Assembly: GCA_048939765.1 (NCBI GenBank)
Contig: JBHLPF010000050.1
Location: 7,387 to 18,699 of the forward strand
Source: Promethearchaeota archaeon
GTDB taxonomy: Archaea > Asgardarchaeota > Thorarchaeia > Thorarchaeales > Thorarchaeaceae
Length of the DNA: 11,313 bases
Direction of reading: 5' to 3'
The notes beneath the pieces were generated by a model. It had not been told where the DNA came from, did not search any database, and saw only the letters and a program-made list of their open reading frames with translations. Made by a program: the position numbers and the translations under genes. This document shows, piece after piece, positions 1-8,200 of the stretch (its first letter is position 1; each line of letters starts with the position of its first letter).

Positions 1-57
1 GAGCCCTTCGGCTTGAGGCCATATTCTCCTGGACCGGAGCCATTTTGAGAAACATTT

Positions 58-95
58 GAGAAGCCGCCTCAGGCGGATTCTCTCCCTCTTTTCTT
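58..95 (+). terminator. Inverted repeat followed by a pyrimidine tract; possible terminator or operator
   Basis: GAGAA-G-CCGCC-TCA-GGCGG-A-TTCTC (58-82), followed by TCCCTCTTTTCTT. Confidence 0.35.
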
Positions 96-189
96 GAATT
101 ACTGCATATGTAGTATTCACACAGCTTGTCTTGAGTATTAGGCACCATCTATTTGGACAAAGAATATACGAAGCTATAGGGTTCAGCTA

Positions 190-2223
190 TTGGCGGAGAT
201 AGGTCCTTTGAGCGCTCTCATGTGGCTTCATATTTCATTTGAGATGGACGGCACAGCAAAGTATGCTCAGTTGAGCTATAACGAAGAAGGACCAGTCCTC
301 ATCGAAGAAGGCAGTACTTACGCGAGATGGCAGGATCTAGGGCATATACTAATTGGTGAAGAAATCAATCTGGACACGACAGGTAATCGGAAGAAACTGA
401 GAATTGAGCCTCCAATGAAGGTAAAACCAATTCCGTGCCTAAAAACTGAAAGATTATTCATTCTAGATGGTAGCAGACCTGAGCCGCTATATCCGCCTTC
501 CACATCCGGTTGGTATAGTAGAATCGCGAAAAAAGGCAGAAGAGCTGCCATCTTCCTACATGAAATGGTTGAAGAGAAGGGATATTGGCTTTCCATATGG
601 GATGCAAGAGCCAAGGAGTTTCTAGAGGCTCACCCAATTCTGCCTTTTGAAAAGGGAGCATTAGAGGTATCGGAGGAAACCGATGAGTACAACGAGATGT
701 TCAGAGAGCTATCAAGTGCTACTAAATCAGAAGCTGAGAAATGGATTAATAATGTGCTCTCCGGCGCGCCGCCGGACTGGAATGGATTGTCTCAAATAAC
801 AAACGATGTCTATGTTCCTGGCTTGAGAGTTGGGAGCGACATGAAATCCACCTTAGATCTGCTAGTACCAAAATCATTTGATTCTGATACAAGAACGCAA
901 GTAATGGCTTTTCTAGGAGCAATTGTGAAAGGGCATCAACCTGATGAAGACCCGGTTTCCTATTTTGAGAGATTTCAGTCCAAACAGGTCCTTCGAACAC
1001 TCCTTATGGGACATCTCGACTGTGTTCTAAGTGGAGAGCAACCTCCATCATATGTTAGGATAATGCAGGAAAGCTCCTTGCAGCGTGCAGGCACGCCTGT
1101 GACAACAATCAAAGAGTCACTTGATGCAGATCCCTGGCATCGGACTTATTTACAGATATATGACAGATTTCCGAAGATATTCGATACCACATTGATGTAT
1201 TCGCATATGTTGAATAGCTCCGGCAAACTCATACCTAACTTGCCTGTGACTAGGGCACAGGCCGCCAAATCCCGCAAGAAATGGATTGAAAGATTCAAGC
1301 TGCTCGGGGGTGGAATCATGCTCCGGAGCATACTAAGACCTAGCTCCTTGGGACTGGTAAGGGTCGCTTACACTGGATTCGCACACCAATGGCCAACTAT
1401 TCATATGAGATGGTCTGCTACTATTGCTGGCTCCGGCTTTAGGCAACCAATTGCACAAATAATGGAGATGCCATATGACAGTTTGGAGGTAGCTCTCAGA
1501 GCAAGACCAAGCTTGATGCGTGTTGATTGGACAGGGACCACTGTCAATGAGAGCTTGTTTGATATCAAGTCTAGAACCTGGAGAATACCCGTAGGCAGAA
1601 TTATGAGGTCTCTGGACGGGAAAAGAACGCTTAGAAGACTGGGAAACGAATTTGGCGCATATAGAGGGTCAAAGACGCACTCTCCTACAGAAGTTTGGGT
1701 AAAGGCACTTGATGCCTCCTCCAACTTGCTGTATCTATCAGACTTGGAACAAGACAAGTATGTAGAATACAGGGGGTTGAGTCGTTCGCAGCTGCTATCA
1801 GCACTAGAGGAAATGAGAGATAGGGGAATCATAGATACTAGATACATCCCCACCACTATTCCCGGGCTGATGATGGTTGCAACCATTGCGCAAGGCAATG
1901 CCAGCAACGTGTGTTCACTCGGTCGATCTCTAATGAAGTATTCACCAACTGCAACTGTTCATCTTGCCAAGAATGGAGAATGGCTATTGGCACTCTCAAG
2001 ACAACCGACATCAACAGCACACCACTTGATAGCTAGTCTGCCTGCAGAAGCTGCAGAGAGAGGAATAGCACTCAGATGCAACAGACTCACATCTTTTCGA
2101 AGCTACACATGGAGCTTCTACAAACGACTATTGAAGGATGATGGCAGTTGGGAGAATGATGTAACACAGATGCTGAGTCAAATTAGAGTTCCCTATCATG
2201 AAGAAGCGGTTGATGGAGATTAG
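190..2223 (+). CDS. Large hypothetical protein; C-terminal half has degenerate Lrp/AsnC-like winged-HTH and RAM/ferredoxin-like modules (putative transcriptional regulator)
   Basis: 677-codon ORF with a TTG start (in-frame ATG alternative at 220). LSRSQLLSALEEMRDRGIIDTRY resembles the wHTH recognition helix and wing of Lrp/AsnC proteins. It is followed by a beta-alpha-beta-beta-alpha-beta-like segment (GLMMVATIAQG..VCSLGRSLMKY..TATVHLA..EWLLALSRQP..HHLIASLP..GIALRC). An earlier WIERFKLLGGGIMLRSILRPSSLGLVRV resembles the Lrp 'R..L...G.I.....LDP..LG' linker. No signal peptide or TM helix seen. The CDS is confident and the function is tentative. Confidence 0.75.
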   Translation: MAEIGPLSALMWLHISFEMDGTAKYAQLSYNEEGPVLIEEGSTYARWQDLGHILIGEEINLDTTGNRKKLRIEPPMKVKPIPCLKTERLFILDGSRPEPLYPPSTSGWYSRIAKKGRRAAIFLHEMVEEKGYWLSIWDARAKEFLEAHPILPFEKGALEVSEETDEYNEMFRELSSATKSEAEKWINNVLSGAPPDWNGLSQITNDVYVPGLRVGSDMKSTLDLLVPKSFDSDTRTQVMAFLGAIVKGHQPDEDPVSYFERFQSKQVLRTLLMGHLDCVLSGEQPPSYVRIMQESSLQRAGTPVTTIKESLDADPWHRTYLQIYDRFPKIFDTTLMYSHMLNSSGKLIPNLPVTRAQAAKSRKKWIERFKLLGGGIMLRSILRPSSLGLVRVAYTGFAHQWPTIHMRWSATIAGSGFRQPIAQIMEMPYDSLEVALRARPSLMRVDWTGTTVNESLFDIKSRTWRIPVGRIMRSLDGKRTLRRLGNEFGAYRGSKTHSPTEVWVKALDASSNLLYLSDLEQDKYVEYRGLSRSQLLSALEEMRDRGIIDTRYIPTTIPGLMMVATIAQGNASNVCSLGRSLMKYSPTATVHLAKNGEWLLALSRQPTSTAHHLIASLPAEAAERGIALRCNRLTSFRSYTWSFYKRLLKDDGSWENDVTQMLSQIRVPYHEEAVDGD

Positions 2224-5200
2224 CCGTCCCATTCTGCTGGAAGGCGGCCTACAATACCTCCAACTCTCTTCCTTACCAGCACAGCAATAGCTGCAACAAT
2301 TCCAAGTCCTCCAATCCATGAGGTGGTTCCTGCATCCATAGGCAAGGAAGATGCGGCACTGCTTGCAAGGATAGACAACACTGAATTCACACGCTCAACC
2401 GCTGGCAATCCATTGACGTCAATCTCAATCAGGTATTCGCCCTCAAGTTCAACATAGAACTCTATGATTGAGTAGCCAACTTTGTGCACTATCAAGGACC
2501 ATGTGCCAACCAACTTTTCCTCTGGATTGAAAATCGAGAGCTGTAGACCACCTGTCCACACTTCAGCAACACCAAGAATACTGTAACTCATATTGAGTGT
2601 ACTATTCAGACCCACTTGAACAGGGACTATAGGTGTGACTTCTAACAGTAGTAACGGAGTCACTAGTAGCGAGAATCTATTCGTGGTGGGTGCATAGCTG
2701 TCAGTCCCATTGAACTTCACTTCAACTGTGAGATTTCCAGCCAAGAGACCTTCAAGCATAGTATCCACTCCCCCCCGGCTCCCAGTAAGGACAGGGAGTT
2801 CAAGCAGGAGCTGATCATCCATCCAGACTAGAATTGTGAGCATTACTTCCGGAATCCTAAAGACACCTGAGGAAAGCGTGATGGAAAGTGGCACCAGTTG
2901 TCCATATTCCATTGTTGCAGGACGATCTACGTCAACATGGCTCATGTAACGAATTAGGACAGTTATCAGGCGACTTGTGGCTTGCCAATAATCTGTGCCT
3001 TCAAACAAGAGGGTCAATGTGTAGTTTCCCTTCAATGAGGGGCTCCATGATATAACGATGCCATCTGCACTGACCGCATAGGCAGTTCTTGTCGTGAGGG
3101 GTGAACCATGGATTTCTCTTCCATTGGGTGCATAGAGACTCGCATAGACAACGGCCCCTTCAGTAATATCACCAATGCTATCCACGAGGGTGAAGGTAAT
3201 CTCTTGTTTCTCATTAATAATTCCAGATAGTCCTTCATCTGAGACTAGTAGCTCCGTCCATGCTGTAACATTGAATTGAACCTGGTTAGTGCAGCCAATC
3301 CTCAATGGGCTATCGAGTACTATCAAGCTCAGAGTATAAAGACCAACTTCGAGTCCCTCTAGTGAGATACTAATCTCAACATCAGATGATTGGAAACGCT
3401 CTAACAAGTCCACGGTTCCAATAGGTCCAATCAGGTTTAATGATGTACCTAGCTCATTCAGAGCAATTGGAGAGCCTAGCTCATCAACGATTGACGCAGT
3501 TAGAAATGAATTCGAGGAGCGCTCAATGGAAGAGCTCACGCTGACTGTGATGTTTGTTGTGCCGTATACCCAGACTCTTTGAGCTGAGTTTGAAGCATGG
3601 TAATGTGTTGTTCCAGCAAAGGAAAGGAGAATAGTGTAGTTGCCCATCCTGCTCAGAGTGATGTTCAGGACAATGGCGTCCTGACTGTTTTGGACTACAT
3701 TTTGAGTCATCATGAGCCCAAATTGGTCATGATATGCAGAGATCTCGATTGTGAATCCTTCAAGAGGAGTGCCGCCTGTGTCGGTTAGTAGCACGGATAT
3801 TGATACAGGGACAAGTGTAGCTATGATAGCATCTGTGGAGATGATAGACGCGTGGATTTCTGTACTGTATCTCACACTAACCTCAGTAGAGCCCATGGCC
3901 GGAAGGTAGACTCCGAGTCCATCAAAAATCGCAGATATTGTCCAGAGACCCTCATCATCTATCTGCACATTCCAATAGGCTCGACCTGCGCCATCTGTCA
4001 CAATGGTCATTGGTCCGATTGTTGAACCGCCTGGTCTATCCAATACAATGGTCATCTCTCTGCCTGCCATTGGAGAGCCCTGATAGTCCGACAAAAGAAC
4101 TGTGATATCAAGCATGTCGCCCACATCGAGAGATGTCTCTGATAGACTTACGTCTACTTTGCTCTGTGAATAGACAGTGTGATAGGTATCATCAGTAAAG
4201 CTATGCACAGATGTAGCACCTGAACAAGAGAGGTGAACAGAATAGAGGCCAGTCATAGTAGGCATAAAACTCACGATAGCAATCCCATTGCTAGTCGTGA
4301 CGGTTATCGAATTGGACCAGTAGCCAAGTCTAACTGGGTCACCAATAGGATTGTCGAGTGATACGACCACCTGTAGATTCTCAACAGGTATTCCAAGCTG
4401 GTCAATGATATTGAGTGTGATATTGACATCTTCTCCCGCTCGAGGCGGATCTGGCACAAGGGTGGTTGTTACCATACAGACCGTCTTTACATTGAGCTGT
4501 TCCTGAGTACCACCGCCAATCAAGAACTGTTCGGCTGTCGGAGATGCTCGAACTGTGAGAATGCCATGCGAATCTTTGGCATAGTAAATCGCCTCAGCAA
4601 TGCCGCTAGCATTGGTTGCTTGGTCAGCCGTCCAGACGGGAACCAGATCAAGACCCAACACCTCGAAATGAATCGCAACTCCACTGAGAGTTCCTCCAGT
4701 CTGGAGAACATACTGAAGCCTAGCTGTGTTGAACATATCCACTGAAGTTGGTTCGAGAATCAGATTTGCGCCGACTATCTCCAGGACTGAAACAGTAGAC
4801 TCAGTCGAGTTTGTATAGTAATAGGGGTCCCCAGCATGAAGGAGAGTTATTGAAGCCAGACCTCTGTCTTCTGGAACCCAATGTACCGTGAGCAAACCGT
4901 CTACTGACTCAACTTGAGTTTCAAAGACAACAATGCTGTTTTGTTCTATTGAAAGGAAGAGTGTTCTTCCGACTACGTTCTGTTGATATGCATCAGTGAG
5001 GCCTACATAGATTTCTAACGATTCTCCGAGCAGGCAGGAAGGACTATGACTTAGTTTGATGTTTGGAGTCAAATAGACTCTCTGTAGAGATGAGGTTGTG
5101 GCTGATGAGTTGAAGTATTCGCCGGCATAGGTTGCGTTGACCAGAAAATCGCCAACAGAATTAAATTCATGAGCAAGTGTGCATTTTCCATCGGCCCCAG

Positions 5201-8200
5201 TCATCCTTTCAGCTGAAACAATGACAGTACCGTTGGAATTTCGAACTTGAATTATTACTTGCGCACCATTAAGTGGAACACCACTCCAGTCTGTCAAGGC
5301 AACTAGAATGCCTACAGGGGTTCCTTGTTCAATAGGAAGACCTGGAGTTGTTAGACTGATGGCTGTGCTTCCCAGAATTACGTCCGTTGATGCTGCACTC
5401 GCAGATAATAACCATCCTTGTGAAGAAACAGTCGCAGAAGTAGAGAGCGTGCCAGGCTCGAAAATTTGAATCAGAAGAGTAATCGTACCATCACCCTGTG
5501 TTGAATTCCAAACATCAAGCAGTATTTGACCATTAATGGTGAAGATGGTCCGGACTGTGGCATCACTGATTGCCAATCCACGATGGTCACTGAGTGAGAT
5601 GATTACAGTGACCAGTGAAGAAGACTCCTGACCAAGGGGTACCAAGGCATCAATATTCGGATGCTCGTAGACATCCGCACTCTGAGACGCTGCAGCTGCG
5701 TCATACCAGGTCTGTTGTCCGGAGGAGGCGCTAATGCTGTTTTGTCCCCGAAAGAGAGGCGTCCAAGCAATCTGAAGGAGCCCTCCAGACGTTGTCCCAG
5801 ACTCTTGAATCTGAATGACACCCTGAGGATTGTGAACGGTCACTGTGATGGAAAGCCCGCTTATAGGAAACCCCAGGTGGTCTTCAGCTGTGACACTAAT
5901 GAGGGTTTCAACTCCGACATCTGATGGTTGAGCAATTGAAAGGGCTAGTGTAATGGGAATCCATAAGGCAAAGCGGCTGGAATCGGTTGCACTTCCACGA
6001 GAACCTGTACCTGCAAACTCAGCTTCAAGTTCATAGGACCCTGCGGATTCACCGATCCAAGAGACCTCCACATATCCAGTCGCGTTCGAATTGAGGGTGT
6101 ACTCAGCCACCACGGTAGACGGAAGAAGGATGACTCTGAGAGTTATTGATTCACCAGAAACGGGATTAGAGTGCGAGTCCTTTAGCAGAGCCCAAATGTC
6201 CCATGTTGAGCCTACTGAATTGGCATCACCAATTCCTCCGACTATAATCGAGCTGTCGGACCAAGCGGTGATCGTGTCAGATTTCGTTGAATACCGTAGA
6301 TAGCCAGTAGCTGCAAATTCCACTTCTACATCGTAGATGCCATTCTCATTGATTGAAACAGGCACCAACACATGTCCGGTTGAGTTCGTAATCATGTTTG
6401 TGTCAATTATAACGAAGTAGGAGGGGTCTGTCACCTTGACATGTACATGATATCCCGCTAAAGGAGTTCCACCTGAGGTGTCTAAGCGAGCCTCAAGGGA
6501 GACCTCGCTATATTGATTGTAAGTTCCAGTGGTCAGCCAAGTCAGAGTCGTATCCTCATAGACATGAATCAGACCTGATGATTCACAACCTACAAGCGGA
6601 CCATTTCCCAGGAAGCTGATGGTGTAGTCGAAGTTGCCTCGTTGAGAAGGAGTCCAGTGAAACACGCTACCTCCAATCGAGGAGATTCCCTGCGTGGTGT
6701 GGACTATTTGACCAAGCTCATCAACGATTGTAATTGTGGTTTCCTGAGATGCAATTTCAGTCCCATTTGAAGAGTAATGGAGTGACCAGTCTATGTTTGC
6801 CTGTTGGCCCACTGTCCCAATTGCGAGTGAAGGTGATATTAGATAAGTGCTCACTGGAGCTGATATGTGCACCGTGTCACGAAGCATAAGGGTGTCGCAG
6901 TGCCGTCGCTCAAGTGTCACTGTAAGATTATAGGTTCCAGTGCCAAAATCCGATGACGGAACTTGAAAGTCAAATGGGGATGAATCCTGATACGACCATT
7001 GCTGGTATATGGGGGGATCTCCCAGTTGTACTGTGATATTGGTTACGCCAGCATCAAGTTCAGGAGCAATGGTCCAAAACACTGTTCCATTGATGAAACT
7101 CCCTGCAGGCACATTTGGAGTATCTATTGTGAGAGTTCCTGCCAAATCTCCATGAACATCAACCGTTGACATGGCAAACGCACGAGAATGGCTCCAATCT
7201 GCTACAACGGTGTAGAGTTCTGCCTGTCCTAGGAGTGATGAATCACTAGGGACATCTATTCTCAATGTATCGCTATCTGCTACATTAGTGAACCTGGTCC
7301 ATTCGCGAAACGCATAGACCAGGACGCTGTGACTACTGACAGAGGAACTAACTGCCACATCAATGTACAGGCTCGATCCAAGAGTGACTGTAGCATCAGT
7401 TGATGCTGAGATGGAGGAAAAGGGTATATCAATCAAAAGAGGTCTCAATCCGAGGATTGAAACCATTTCAAGGGACTCCGCGGTATAGACAGGCTGCCAT
7501 TGTCCGGTTGCATTCAACCAACCATTTGCGAAGGGCGTTGGTCCCAGTGCACTCAATACGTGTGATGCATCAATACTCTCGAGATTCACATCAAATCCTG
7601 AAGCATTGAGTAGGGCGAGGGTTGCCACATCGCAGCTCAGCGCATAGATGTTGTTGTATTGGATACGCGAGCTTATAGAGGAAGATATCTCCGAAGCCAT
7701 TGCGGCATCTACGATGTTGAGTCGCATCGCGGCCCTAGTGCACAGCCAATTGATTGCAGACTGATCTCCTGCATAGGGCTTAATGGTCCACCCACTCATA
7801 GACCATTGTCCATCACTGTAGTCATTCAACATTGCAGATTCAAGCGCAGATCTGTATGGAATTGTATCTAGGGAGTCCATTAGGTAAAGCGCTTCCACTG
7901 CTGCTACGCTATACTGGATGTGTGCAGTCCCGATGAACATGGCAGGCCTGAAGTGGCCCATCACAAATTGAGACAAGGAAATGTAGTTCAGGGCATCAGC
8001 TACAACTTCTGATGATGGCTCAACTCCTTGAGCCAATGCAGTTGCCACTCCAAAGTACTGAGTCCAGACACTCTTGATGCGATACTGATTCGCACCGTAT
8101 TCTGGAGCGATAACAGCTGTGAAATTATTCCACCAAGGATACTGAGTCCATTGGGAAAACAGGTCAAGATAGTGAGCCTGTAGTTCATCGTCCACAACTC

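Noticed and set aside
1-42. tRNA 3' half ending in GCCA
   Set aside because: There is no TTCRA T-loop and only 3 of 5 T-stem pairs, so it cannot be called a tRNA.
1401-1907. 168-aa minus-strand ORF and the other short ORFs nested in the two large CDSs
   Set aside because: They are antisense or alternative-frame shadows of long coding regions, with no recognisable motifs.
3282-3296. GCTNQ resembling the thioester motif GCGEQ
   Set aside because: It lies in the last strand region of an Ig repeat (equivalent to VGCESS in another repeat), not in the barrel, and lacks the Glu.
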